Shown here: piece by piece, positions 1 to 10,044 of the stretch | Layout: each line of letters starts with the position of its first letter | How positions within the stretch are numbered: the first letter of the stretch is position 1 | Origin: a virus | Lineage: Duplodnaviria; Caudoviricetes | Strand: one strand, 5' to 3' | Virus record (IMG/VR): IMGVR_UViG_3300025000_000107 | Span: 1 to 61,011 of that record | DNA length: 61,011 nucleotides | Notes under the pieces: model-generated | Databases searched by the model: none | Told to the model about the DNA's origin: nothing | What the model saw: the letters and a program-made list of their open reading frames with translations, nothing else | Made by a program: the position numbers and the translations under genes

Positions 1-70
1 TGCAAGTACCCGAAAGAATACTTAAAGTACTAATAAGTTACCAACATTTAATCTCGTTCATGATTTGATA

Positions 71-80
71 CACTATATAG
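71..80 (+). promoter_or_regulatory. CACTATATAG putative phage promoter motif upstream of the packaging/structural operon
   Basis: The same 10-mer (or a 1-nt variant) recurs in 9 intergenic positions, each oriented toward a downstream gene. Confidence 0.6.
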
Positions 81-180
81 ACGATAGTATTGAGAAATGT
101 ACCACCAGAAGTAGTAGGAACTTACAAACTATGAGGCCTTGGTCCTCTTACCTCATTAAAAACAAGGGGTCTACCTTTAA

Positions 181-951
181 ATGACAACTACAATAGTCAA
201 GAAAGCAGCTGATAACATTACAGCTAAGCATAAATATGATATCATAGATGATTATATCTACACTAATCTTACTAACAAGGAGATCTCAGAGAAGTATGGA
301 ACCTCTGAGAAGAATGTAGGCCTTATAATCGCTAGACACTACAAGGCTCTGGCCAATGTGAGAGAGACTAAACTCCTTCTCCATACCCAGGTAGGTAATA
401 GTAGGTTCGTAATGTCTAAGAACGAAGTGTTAGACACTAACAAGATCAATGAAGAGTTCCTATCCCTACTCTCAGAACCTGATAGCCTAGTCCTTACAGA
501 CAATGAGCTGATCTTCTGTGAGTTATACAACGATGATGGAGATGAGATCAGAGCGATTGAGGAATCCAAACTCAATGCTGGCCTAAAGAAGACTAAAGAT
601 ATTAGAGATCGAGAAGAGTATGTTCATGCTGTTCAACTTCGTTCTTTCTATCTAAGACGTAAAGCTAATGTAGGTGCCTACCTCCTCCAGATCAAACAGG
701 ATAGAATCAAGTCCATCACTGATGGCAAGCAGTTTGTTCAGACAGAACTCTTAGCTGTCATAGAGAGACTTAAGACTTCTGGTAGTATCAATTCTTTGTC
801 AACTTACCTTAAAGCTGTAGAGTCCTTGGGTAGAACATTTGGTGCCTTTGAGGATAAGGTTACAGTTGAGAACCTGTCAGGTGACAGTGCGTTAGATAAG
901 ATTTTGATGAGAGCTACTCAAGCTAAAGCTCAACTAATTGAACAAGAATAG
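181..951 (+). CDS. putative terminase small subunit (N-terminal HTH-like)
   Basis: First gene before TerL; HTH-like TNKEISEKYGTSEKNV; TerS-like C-terminus (KAVESLGRTFGAFEDKV). Confidence 0.6.
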   Translation: MTTTIVKKAADNITAKHKYDIIDDYIYTNLTNKEISEKYGTSEKNVGLIIARHYKALANVRETKLLLHTQVGNSRFVMSKNEVLDTNKINEEFLSLLSEPDSLVLTDNELIFCELYNDDGDEIRAIEESKLNAGLKKTKDIRDREEYVHAVQLRSFYLRRKANVGAYLLQIKQDRIKSITDGKQFVQTELLAVIERLKTSGSINSLSTYLKAVESLGRTFGAFEDKVTVENLSGDSALDKILMRATQAKAQLIEQE

Positions 952-1004
952 ACTAGGATAGGATGGCCATCCGACAAGAGAGCTTACTCAACTCTCTTCC
1001 TAGT
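952..1004 (+). other. structured leader (three-stem junction) upstream of HNH gene
   Basis: ACTAGG...CCTAGT closing stem enclosing GGATGGCCATCC and AAGAGAG...CTCTCTT hairpins. Confidence 0.5.
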
Positions 1005-1020
1005 ATCCTTTGAGTTAACT

Positions 1021-1539
1021 ATGGAGATAGTTATGAAATGTAAGACATGTGGGGAAGAGTATGAAGATCTAAAACTGTATTTTGATAAGCACAAAACTAC
1101 AAGATCTGGATTTAATACTGAGTGTAAGATTTGTGTAAGTAAGAGAAGAAAGATACACTACATAAATAATAGAGAAAAGATTATAAAAGATAGAAAAGAG
1201 TATAAGATAAAGAACAGAGAAAAGGTCTTAAAATGTCAAAGGGATTATAGTAAAAATAATAAAGAGAAAAGAAGAGCTAGTCATATAAGATGCGAATACA
1301 AAGTTGAAGAGATTTATATTCAGGAGTTAATGAATATACAAAGCGGATGCTGTGAGATATGTGGGCAGTCTTTAGTTTACCCAAACTCTAGACGGTCTTA
1401 TGATATAGATCATAACCATAAAACTGGAGAAGTTAGATCTTTACTATGTTCTAAGTGTAATACAGCTATAGGTTTATTACAGGAAGATATAACAATAGCT
1501 GAAAGTATTGTAAAGTATCTAAAGAAATATCATGGCTAA
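1021..1539 (+). CDS. endonuclease VII-family HNH homing endonuclease (likely start 1033)
   Basis: QSGCCEICG...IDHNHKTGEVRSLLCSKCN motif; N-terminal CxxC pairs; lies between TerS and TerL. Confidence 0.85.
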   Translation: MEIVMKCKTCGEEYEDLKLYFDKHKTTRSGFNTECKICVSKRRKIHYINNREKIIKDRKEYKIKNREKVLKCQRDYSKNNKEKRRASHIRCEYKVEEIYIQELMNIQSGCCEICGQSLVYPNSRRSYDIDHNHKTGEVRSLLCSKCNTAIGLLQEDITIAESIVKYLKKYHG

Positions 1540-2944
1540 ACTGACCCAAGAACAATTCGACAACCTCTTAGTAATGTGGTCTGAGGATCATATACTTGGA
1601 ATAGAATCTTTGTTCGACATAATTCTAACAGAGCAACAGAAGATTCTTATAAATAATTGCAACAACCAAAAAGCTCGTGTAGCTGTATCCTCTTGTACTG
1701 GCTCTGGTAAAACTGCTGTACTTAGTATGTTAACTCTTCTGTATCTGATGATACTTCCAGACTGTAGGATTCTTATTACAGCACCATCCTCTAATCACCT
1801 TGAGCGGGTTTTCCGTTCAGAGATAGAGAAGTGGTTTAAAAGAATGCCATTACAATTCCAAGAACTGTTTACTATGACACAAAGGAGAGTAGAATACAAC
1901 GCAGGTAAGTATGTACACTTTGCATCTTTAGTTACAGCTAGTGTAGAGAACGTAGAGAATTTAGCTGGTGGACATAGCGAGTCGTATGTAATTCTTGCTG
2001 ACGAAGCCTCTGGTATTTCTGAAGAAGCTTTTGATATCCTACTAGGAACACTAAGCACCGGAAAGGGTGGTAGATTTATACAGGTAAGTAATCCACAAAG
2101 ATCTTCAGGGAGGTTCTATGAAATCTTCCAGAGAGATTTAGGTACATGGGTAAAAATGTACTTCTCAGCGTTCGATTCTCCAAACGTCAATGCTGAGTGG
2201 ATAAAAGAAATGGAGGAAGTTTACGGCCTGGATTCAGACATTTATAGAATGAGGTGCCTTGGTCAGTTCCCTAGAGTTGGTGTATCTCAGTTCATATCAG
2301 CTGATGATGTTGAAGATGCTGTAAAGAATAGGTTAGACTTCAAGGACTATATCAACTTCCCTAAGCTTATGGGTGTTGACGTAGCTCGATTCGGTGATGA
2401 CCTTACAGCTGTAGTAGTGAGACAAGGACCTAAGATTATAGATATCAAAACCTACCGTGGCTTAGACACGATGGATGTTGCATCTAAAGTAGCTGAAGCT
2501 CAGGCATATCATCAGTGTGCAACTATCTACATCGACTCGATTGGTGTAGGTGCTGGTACTGCTGATAGGCTAAGACAATTAAACATGCCAGTACGTGACG
2601 TGGTAGTAAGTAATAAGAGTTCAGACCCCAGTACTTATAGCAACTTAAGGGCACAATTATGGGGTAAAATGAGGGAATGGCTGGCTATAGGGGGTGCTGA
2701 TTTACCTATAGAAGCTACTGAGAAGGAGGCCAATCTGGCTGCTCAGCTCACCTCTATGGAGTATGGTTACAATAATAAGATGCAGATTCAGTTGTTATCT
2801 AAGAAAGATCTTAAGAAGATGGGACATGCATCTCCAGATATAGCTGATGCATTGTCATTCACATTTGCAGATGCTGTCTTCGAACACAAACCAAGATACA
2901 AAAGTAAGAAGCTAATCAAGCGAAATAACTTTCTATGGGTATAG
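1532..2944 (+). CDS. terminase large subunit
   Basis: Walker A SCTGSGKT, Walker B ILADEASG, nuclease motifs GVDVARFGDD and SPDIADAL. Confidence 0.95.
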   Translation: MAKLTQEQFDNLLVMWSEDHILGIESLFDIILTEQQKILINNCNNQKARVAVSSCTGSGKTAVLSMLTLLYLMILPDCRILITAPSSNHLERVFRSEIEKWFKRMPLQFQELFTMTQRRVEYNAGKYVHFASLVTASVENVENLAGGHSESYVILADEASGISEEAFDILLGTLSTGKGGRFIQVSNPQRSSGRFYEIFQRDLGTWVKMYFSAFDSPNVNAEWIKEMEEVYGLDSDIYRMRCLGQFPRVGVSQFISADDVEDAVKNRLDFKDYINFPKLMGVDVARFGDDLTAVVVRQGPKIIDIKTYRGLDTMDVASKVAEAQAYHQCATIYIDSIGVGAGTADRLRQLNMPVRDVVVSNKSSDPSTYSNLRAQLWGKMREWLAIGGADLPIEATEKEANLAAQLTSMEYGYNNKMQIQLLSKKDLKKMGHASPDIADALSFTFADAVFEHKPRYKSKKLIKRNNFLWV

Positions 2945-2955
2945 GGTGACAGGGC

Positions 2956-5280
2956 TTGGACACATATCATGATCGTCCCGCAGTTCTGATAGCTAAGGCA
3001 GAGGATGTAGAGGCTATCCAGAACAGTTACAGAATGTATGATGATCCAGATGATCTGCTAGAGGAAGAAGAAGAACAAGAGTACTCAGCTCTCTCAGTAT
3101 ATATCAGATCAATCTATCAAGAGAATAGAGATGCTAAGACAAGCTCTGGTATGGAAGAGAAGATGTTCCAGAGTCTCAGAGCCTACAACGGGCACTATGA
3201 CCCTGAGGATCTAGAGCGTATTAAAGCATCAGGCGGATCAGAGATCTACATGAATCTGACTCCGACCAAGTGTAGGGCAGCTATGTCTTGGATCAGAGAC
3301 ATTATGATGCCGGCCAAAGAGACTGCATGGGGCTTCGAGCCTACATCAGTCCCTGACTTACCTGATGAGATCAGGATGCAGATCGAGGAGCATATCGATG
3401 CCTTATCTAAGGAGCAGCCTGTAGCACCTCCAACTGCTGAAGGGGAAGCACCTAAGCCTACTGCTCAGGGTGCAGCTCAGAAGCTGCAGGAGATACATCA
3501 ACTTAAGAGAGATGTAGAAGATGCTATTCAGGATGAGATCTATAAGGTAGCTCAGGCTGAAGTAAAGAAGTTCGAAAGGATCGTAGCAGATCAATTACAG
3601 GAAGGTGAGTGGGATAAAGCACTGTCAGACTTCATTGAAGACTTCTGTGTATTCCCTATTGCAATACTTAAAGGTCCAGTCATCTCTAAGAAGAAGAGAC
3701 TGACCTACGTAGACGGAAGGGCTGAAGAGGTAACGGATTTCGTATTCCTAAATAAGAGAGTATCTCCTTTTGATATTTACCCGTCTGCTGCTGCTACAGG
3801 GATCCAGGATGGAGACTTGTGTGAGCATGTAAGGTTTGATAAGAAGACCTTATATAACATGATTGGTGTTAAGCATTATAAAGAAGAGGCTATCAGAAAG
3901 GTACTGGCGGATGAGGCTGGCTATACTGGCATCCTAATGGATAACGGAGTAGAGTCTGACAAGGTACTTGAAGAGATGCGTGGTGACGCTTACAGGGCGA
4001 ACAAGGGTGTCATTCATGGAATCCACTTCTTTGGAAGCGTACCTTGGAAGGAACTTAAGGAATGGGATTTCGATGAGGAAACTATCGGAACCGATGAGGA
4101 TAAGCAGTTTGAAGTAGAGGCCATCTTAGCAGGAAACGAAGTCATCAAGTGTGTTATCAATGATGATCCACTTCTCCGAAGGCCTTACTACAAGGCTTCC
4201 TTCCAGAACATTCCTGGCAGTTGGTGGGGAAGGTCTCTCCCAGAAATGATGAGAGATATTCAGAGAATGTGTAATGCTACAGCACGCGCTCTGGCTAATA
4301 ATATGGGAGTTGCTTCCGGTCCTCAGATAGAGATATATGTAGATAGGCTAGCCGATGACTCCTCAATCGATAGTATCGAACCGTTCCACGTTTGGCAACT
4401 TACCAGCGATCCTTCAGGCGCAGGAGGACGAGCAGTCAACTTTTGGCAGCCGACCTCAAATGCTCAAGAGCTTCTGGCAGTATACAAAGAGTTCGAACTC
4501 AGAGCTGATGACGCTACCGGAATCCCAAGATATGCATATGGAAATGAGAGAACAGGTGGTGCTGCTCAAACAGCTTCTGGACTATCAATGCTACTTGAGT
4601 CAGCGTCTAAAGGAATTAAGGATTCAGTACGAAACATTGACTATGGGGTTATCAAACCCCGAGTAGAATACCAGTTCTATTATAATGTAGTAAGTAACGA
4701 TGATGTTACCTTCACTGGTGATATTAATGTTATACCTCGTGGTTCAGAAATGCTGACCATGAAGGGTGCTAGTGAGATGAGACGTAATGAGTTCATTCAG
4801 ATCCTAGCTAACCCAATGTTCACAGAGATTGTAGGTATGGAAGGTATCGCAGATATCCTAAGAGAGATGGCTAAGTCACTAGGACTTGGACATAACATCG
4901 TACCGAGCAGGTTGGAACTGAAGAAGAAACAGGAAGAGTCTAAACAGATGCAAGCTCAACAGGCTGAGGCTCAGGCACAGGAAGCCCAACTTAAGTCACA
5001 GACTAGTCTACAGGCTACTCAGATGCAGGTACAGGGTCAGGATGCTATGAACCAGAGATCGTTGCAGCTCAAGGCTGAAGAGATCAAGGCGAAGATAGAC
5101 CAGTCCGAGAAGGATAGGATGGTCAAGGTAGCTGAACTCGAACAGTCCCGTGAAAACGCTATCACTAAAGGCACTTCAGACCTTCAGAAAACCCAAATGA
5201 TCGAAGCGAATAAGGCTTTGAATATAGATAAGTCTATAGCTCTAAGTCTCAAAACTGGCGATAAGTCTAACGTACAATGA
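2956..5280 (+). CDS. portal protein
   Basis: 774 aa directly after TerL; WWGRSLPEMMRDIQRMCN and ADDATGIP portal-like motifs; Gln-rich coiled-coil barrel. Confidence 0.85.
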   Translation: MDTYHDRPAVLIAKAEDVEAIQNSYRMYDDPDDLLEEEEEQEYSALSVYIRSIYQENRDAKTSSGMEEKMFQSLRAYNGHYDPEDLERIKASGGSEIYMNLTPTKCRAAMSWIRDIMMPAKETAWGFEPTSVPDLPDEIRMQIEEHIDALSKEQPVAPPTAEGEAPKPTAQGAAQKLQEIHQLKRDVEDAIQDEIYKVAQAEVKKFERIVADQLQEGEWDKALSDFIEDFCVFPIAILKGPVISKKKRLTYVDGRAEEVTDFVFLNKRVSPFDIYPSAAATGIQDGDLCEHVRFDKKTLYNMIGVKHYKEEAIRKVLADEAGYTGILMDNGVESDKVLEEMRGDAYRANKGVIHGIHFFGSVPWKELKEWDFDEETIGTDEDKQFEVEAILAGNEVIKCVINDDPLLRRPYYKASFQNIPGSWWGRSLPEMMRDIQRMCNATARALANNMGVASGPQIEIYVDRLADDSSIDSIEPFHVWQLTSDPSGAGGRAVNFWQPTSNAQELLAVYKEFELRADDATGIPRYAYGNERTGGAAQTASGLSMLLESASKGIKDSVRNIDYGVIKPRVEYQFYYNVVSNDDVTFTGDINVIPRGSEMLTMKGASEMRRNEFIQILANPMFTEIVGMEGIADILREMAKSLGLGHNIVPSRLELKKKQEESKQMQAQQAEAQAQEAQLKSQTSLQATQMQVQGQDAMNQRSLQLKAEEIKAKIDQSEKDRMVKVAELEQSRENAITKGTSDLQKTQMIEANKALNIDKSIALSLKTGDKSNVQ

Positions 5281-5471
5281 AGGTAACTACAGAACAGAAG
5301 AAGAGGTTAAGCCAAGGAGACTTCCACACGCTGAAGGCTCTTCTTCTTATAGAACTGGATGCAATTAAGAATGATCTATTAGTGTTCAAACCTGATAGAA
5401 TAGAGTACGATAACATTCTGAGAGGTAGGGGCCTACTTGCTCAGGAGATTATTAACCTGCTCAGTGATTGA
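5277..5471 (+). CDS. small hypothetical protein after portal
   Basis: ATGA overlap with portal stop; position typical of podovirus head modules. Confidence 0.6.
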   Translation: MKVTTEQKKRLSQGDFHTLKALLLIELDAIKNDLLVFKPDRIEYDNILRGRGLLAQEIINLLSD

Positions 5472-5555
5472 GCATAACAACCAATCTAGAAGTAAGCAAA
5501 CGCCTGATCACCGAAAGGTCCAGAGCACCCCTGCTGAAAACCTACTGGAGAATGT

Positions 5556-6530
5556 ATGTCGTTAAAACGAGCACTAGCTGATGAAGAAGCATTGGAAAAG
5601 GAACTTTTTGCTGAGGTGAGTGACCCTGAGAAATCAACCACTCCCATCCCGAATGTGGATACTTTTGAACTGGACGATGATTCAGATGAAAAGAATCCTA
5701 ACCTTGATGCCGATGAGGTAGTTGAGGATAGTAAGGAAGATGCTAACAAGAAGAAACAATCTTGGAAACAAAGGTTCGCAAGCTACAAAGGATCCACAGA
5801 TAGGACAATATCAAACCTTCGTAAAGAGAATCAGTCTTTGATCGGGCAGATCTCTGAAGCACGTAAAGAAATCTCAAGGCAACATGCTATTGTCGCTGAA
5901 CTGCAGAATCGCGACAAGGACGTATTCGGTGAGGTGATCACTCCTGAAGACGTAGAGACTATTGGTGTCGAGGCAGTAGATATTGTTAAGAAAACTACTA
6001 AGCGAGCAACTGAAGCAGCAGTAGGGCCTCTCCTCGAAGAGATCAAGCAGATGAAAGCTAAAGAGCTGGAAGCTGCTAAGAAAGCTCACGAGAGTAAGAG
6101 AGTAGCTGAGTACGGTAAGTTCACATCTAGGTTGGGAGAACTTGTTCCTGACTATCAGGCTGTGAATCTTGATCCTGGTTTTGAGATCTTTATGATGAAT
6201 ACAGATCCTAATACTGGTGAGAAACGTATTGATGCATTTAGGAGAGCTGAGGACTATCTGGATCACGAAAGAGTTGCCGACTTCTTTAATGACTATAAGG
6301 CTAGTATTCCAAGGAGCAAGAAAGAAATGCTGGAAGATAAGATAACAGTAGAGGGTTCGGCTTCCGGCTCAGCACCCGCACAATCAAAGAAAGAAACTTT
6401 CTCTATTAAAGATGTAGACAAGTTCTTCAATGATATTACTAAGGGTGTCTATAAAGGACGAATGAAAGAAGCAGATGAAATTGAGGCTAGGATTACTAGA
6501 GCTTACATAGAAGGTAGAATTACCGATTAA
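5556..6530 (+). CDS. capsid scaffolding protein
   Basis: Acidic, helical, directly before capsid gene; GGAG RBS. Confidence 0.7.
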   Translation: MSLKRALADEEALEKELFAEVSDPEKSTTPIPNVDTFELDDDSDEKNPNLDADEVVEDSKEDANKKKQSWKQRFASYKGSTDRTISNLRKENQSLIGQISEARKEISRQHAIVAELQNRDKDVFGEVITPEDVETIGVEAVDIVKKTTKRATEAAVGPLLEEIKQMKAKELEAAKKAHESKRVAEYGKFTSRLGELVPDYQAVNLDPGFEIFMMNTDPNTGEKRIDAFRRAEDYLDHERVADFFNDYKASIPRSKKEMLEDKITVEGSASGSAPAQSKKETFSIKDVDKFFNDITKGVYKGRMKEADEIEARITRAYIEGRITD

Positions 6531-6574
6531 GCAATTCTCCTAGCCATATAAATAAATAATTTAGGAGATTTATA

Positions 6575-7504
6575 ATGGCTGGCGTAACACGTGCAGGTGG
6601 ATATAACGACTATAGTTCTACTGGTACTTCCAAGTTCACCCCGCAGCTCTTCTCTAAAAAGATGCTTCGGAACTTCTATCAGACCACGGCTTTCTCTGAG
6701 ATCGCTAATACTGACTATGAGGGTGAGATTGGTAAGGTTGGTGATACCGTTATTATCCGTAAGACTCCCGCTATCACCATCACTGCTTATACGGTAGGTG
6801 GTGCACTCACTTATGAAGTACCGGAAGTTGCAAACACTTCCCTTGTAATTGATCAGGCTAACTCCTGGTCCTTCAGGATTGATGACATTGATGCTTTCCA
6901 GACAGACCTTGATCTGATCAACAAGTTCACTGCTGATGCTGGTGAGCGTATGAAGATCACGGTTGATACTGAATGTTTTAACTATATCTCTACCCTCCCT
7001 GCATCCACCAATAAGGGTGCAACGGCTGGTGCCATCAGTGCTAGTATCGATCTTGGATCGGCTGGTGCTCCTGTAACTGTAACCTCATCTAATGCTATCG
7101 ACCTGATTGTTGATGTTAACCTCGTCCTCGATGAAGCTAATATCCCCAGTGCCGATAGGTTCTTGGTTCTTCCCGCATGGTATATCGCTATGCTGAAGAA
7201 AGGTGATCTGAAGAGTGCTGATATTACTGGTGACTCTTCTGGTGTTATCAGGTCTGGTGTTGTAGGTATGGTAGATCGTACCAAGATTATCCAGAGTAAT
7301 CTGTTGAAGACTGCAGTTGATGGAGTACAGTGTACATACTGTATGGGTGGAACTAAAGAGGCAGTTACTTTCGCTTCTCAGCTCACCAAGACTGAGACCC
7401 TTCGTATACCGGATTCGTTCGGTGATTACATGCGTGGTCTGGCTGTCTATGGCCGTAAGGTTGTACAGGATACAGCTCTTGTAGCTCTGTATGTTCGTAA
7501 GTAA
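6575..7504 (+). CDS. major capsid protein (P22 coat-like)
   Basis: NTDYEGEI-x3-GDTVII motif, C-terminal GLAVYGRKV; AGGAG RBS; followed by terminator. Confidence 0.9.
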   Translation: MAGVTRAGGYNDYSSTGTSKFTPQLFSKKMLRNFYQTTAFSEIANTDYEGEIGKVGDTVIIRKTPAITITAYTVGGALTYEVPEVANTSLVIDQANSWSFRIDDIDAFQTDLDLINKFTADAGERMKITVDTECFNYISTLPASTNKGATAGAISASIDLGSAGAPVTVTSSNAIDLIVDVNLVLDEANIPSADRFLVLPAWYIAMLKKGDLKSADITGDSSGVIRSGVVGMVDRTKIIQSNLLKTAVDGVQCTYCMGGTKEAVTFASQLTKTETLRIPDSFGDYMRGLAVYGRKVVQDTALVALYVRK

Positions 7505-7511
7505 TTAAACT

Positions 7512-7570
7512 AGCCCCTCTAAGAATTCTATATCCTCAAGGTATTGATTACTTAGAGGGGCTTTCTTATT
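7512..7570 (+). terminator. intrinsic terminator after capsid gene
   Basis: AGCCCCTCTAAG / CTTAGAGGGGCT inverted repeat followed by T-rich tract; unusually long loop. Confidence 0.7.
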
Positions 7571-7589
7571 TTATAGATTGGAGTATTAA

Positions 7590-7781
7590 ATGTTTGTATA
7601 TGCTAAAGATATCGCTGATGGAACTCTTTCTTGTATCACAATGGAAGAATGTAAGGCTACTCCCTGGAGATGGAAGTTTGTTAAAGTAAGTCCTGGACAG
7701 GAGAATATTGTAGAGGAAGAGAAGAAAGAACCTGTAATGTCAAAAAACATAACCACTAAGAAGGGAATCGCTAAGAAATGA
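7590..7781 (+). CDS. hypothetical protein
   Basis: GGAG RBS, ATGA overlap with next gene. Confidence 0.6.
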   Translation: MFVYAKDIADGTLSCITMEECKATPWRWKFVKVSPGQENIVEEEKKEPVMSKNITTKKGIAKK

Positions 7782-8443
7782 ACTTCCTACAGCTAGCTCA
7801 AGACGTAAGGAAGAGGGTCGGTATTCAAGGTACTGGACCATCTTCTGTATCTGCCACAGGCTATGAGGCTCTGATCTTAGCAGCTGTTCATGACGCTTGG
7901 CAGGACCTTCAGGGGTATAGAGATAACTGGGCATGGATGAGGACTAAAGCATCCTTCACTATCGGTGTAGCAGCTACTGAGTATACTCCTACTACTATCT
8001 TAGGACCAACTAATAGGTTTCGAGTATGGATCCCAGAAACCTGTTATGCAGAGATCTTAGGTAAGAAAGTACCTATGAGATACATCGATGACTATGACTA
8101 CTATATGAGTAAGCATATCAACGATACTGTTGGTACTAAGCCAACAGAATTTACTATAAAGACAGATAAATCTACCCTCGTGTTTAATATGGTAGATGCT
8201 CCTTACAACGTGATCTGTTCTTATTATAAGTCGCCACAAGAGCTAGTACTAGCAACAGACACCCCAGAGATGCCAGCTATTCATCATCTGTGGATTGTGT
8301 ATGAAGCTATTGCTAGGTACTCTGCATCCATATCGATGACAGCTATGTATCAACTCTACTCAGGGAAAGCAGATATCCTGTTAGGTCAGATCATGAGAGA
8401 CTTTATCCCTGCTGCTAGATTTCAAGTAAGAGGAATAGCATGA
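7778..8443 (+). CDS. tail adaptor / head-tail connector (tail tubular A-like)
   Basis: Position after capsid; MNFLQLAQDV start and YYKSPQELVLATDTPEMP motif typical of podovirus adaptors. Confidence 0.7.
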   Translation: MNFLQLAQDVRKRVGIQGTGPSSVSATGYEALILAAVHDAWQDLQGYRDNWAWMRTKASFTIGVAATEYTPTTILGPTNRFRVWIPETCYAEILGKKVPMRYIDDYDYYMSKHINDTVGTKPTEFTIKTDKSTLVFNMVDAPYNVICSYYKSPQELVLATDTPEMPAIHHLWIVYEAIARYSASISMTAMYQLYSGKADILLGQIMRDFIPAARFQVRGIA

Positions 8444-10044
8444 CAATCTCCAAGAGACTTTCAATCCAAGAACCTAGTACAGAGATGATAGTCTTTGATG
8501 GTGGTCTTAATGAGGCTGTGTCTTCTATAGAAATGCCTCCTGGAGAATTGATAGCCTGTAGCAACTATTACTTAACTGATGGTTCTACAGGTGGTTATGT
8601 ATCTATTAGCGGATACGAGAGATATGACGGAACAGCTCTTGCTTCTACTGTAGCTGCTCCAGGTGGTGACCTTACTGATAGAGATATCGCTAGGGGTCTT
8701 ATAACATCTGTCCCAGGAGTGGATCCAGTTCTAGGAGTACACATGTATAAGGGTGTGCTCTATGCATTTAGGAACGATATAGATGGTATCCATGCTAAGA
8801 TGTGGAAGGCTACAGCTGGTGGGTGGATAGAGGTAGATACCTCAGCCGATCCGATACTGAAGGATGGTGAATATAGGTTTGTTAACTACAACTTCAGTGA
8901 TCTAGCAGATACTGAAAGTATGTACTGGTGTGATGGAGTCAATAACGCTAGAGAGTATAATGATGTTACTGGCGCTGTTGTTAAGATAGAAACAAATACA
9001 ACTCCAGATGCACCTCAATATCTTGTAGTACATCAACATTATCTATTCTTTTCATTTCCAGGTGGTTACTTAATCCACGGAGGTATAGGAGAACCTATAG
9101 ACTGGTCTATCGGAACTGGTGACTGGGGTATAGGTGCTGATATAACTGCACTCCATACGACTGTAGGTGGAACGCTAGTCATCTTCTGTAGGAATAAGAT
9201 AAAGATAATGGAAGGTGATAGTCCTGATAATTGGGTTATGAAGGGCTTCAGTGATCACTTAGGGGCAATGCATAATACTGTAAGGGAGATCTTCGATACC
9301 TTAGTGTTTGTAAGTGACTATGGTGTAACTACCCTATCAGCTGCTCAAGAGTTTGGTGACTTCAAGTCAGCCTCAGTATCTGATAAGATCAAGAAGACCT
9401 TCTTAAAATATAAAGATACGATCACATGTACTGTAGTAATCAGAGAGCTGAATCAGTATAGAGTATATCTAAGTAGCGGAAAGATCTTAGTATTCTCATT
9501 CTTCAATAAGAAGATGAGGGGTATTACGATCTGCCAGTATCCAATAGGTGTACTCACAGTTACTGAGGGTAGAGATCTTAATAACAACCCAGTAGTATAC
9601 TTCACTAACCCTTCAGGTTATGTATTCAAGTCAGATTCAGGTACATCCTTTGATGGTGTAAAGATTATAACTAAGCTTTCTACAGCTTACTACCACTATA
9701 AATCTCCTAGGAACTGGAAGAGATTCTTCAGGGTAACCTTCGAGATCTCATCTGTCAACTCCTTCTTAGCATATATAAGAACCGCATTTGACTACTCTAA
9801 GTTTACGTATGCGAAGAGTTCTGCTGAGGACTTAGATGTTACAGGTGCTGGAGATCTGTGGGGTGAGGGAGAGTGGGGTGAGATGGTGTATGCATCTACT
9901 GAATCAACTAACAGAATCTTCTATGACATTAATGCTATAGGTGCTAATATGAGTATAACTATAATGTCAGAGAGTGATCTTATAAAGCAACACACTATTC
10001 AGAATATGGTAGTAGACTATCAGACGGTTGGGAGGCAAATGTAA
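8440..10044 (+). CDS. tail nozzle / DNA stabilization protein
   Basis: FDGGLN N-terminal motif, beta-rich, follows adaptor. Confidence 0.7.
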   Translation: MTISKRLSIQEPSTEMIVFDGGLNEAVSSIEMPPGELIACSNYYLTDGSTGGYVSISGYERYDGTALASTVAAPGGDLTDRDIARGLITSVPGVDPVLGVHMYKGVLYAFRNDIDGIHAKMWKATAGGWIEVDTSADPILKDGEYRFVNYNFSDLADTESMYWCDGVNNAREYNDVTGAVVKIETNTTPDAPQYLVVHQHYLFFSFPGGYLIHGGIGEPIDWSIGTGDWGIGADITALHTTVGGTLVIFCRNKIKIMEGDSPDNWVMKGFSDHLGAMHNTVREIFDTLVFVSDYGVTTLSAAQEFGDFKSASVSDKIKKTFLKYKDTITCTVVIRELNQYRVYLSSGKILVFSFFNKKMRGITICQYPIGVLTVTEGRDLNNNPVVYFTNPSGYVFKSDSGTSFDGVKIITKLSTAYYHYKSPRNWKRFFRVTFEISSVNSFLAYIRTAFDYSKFTYAKSSAEDLDVTGAGDLWGEGEWGEMVYASTESTNRIFYDINAIGANMSITIMSESDLIKQHTIQNMVVDYQTVGRQM

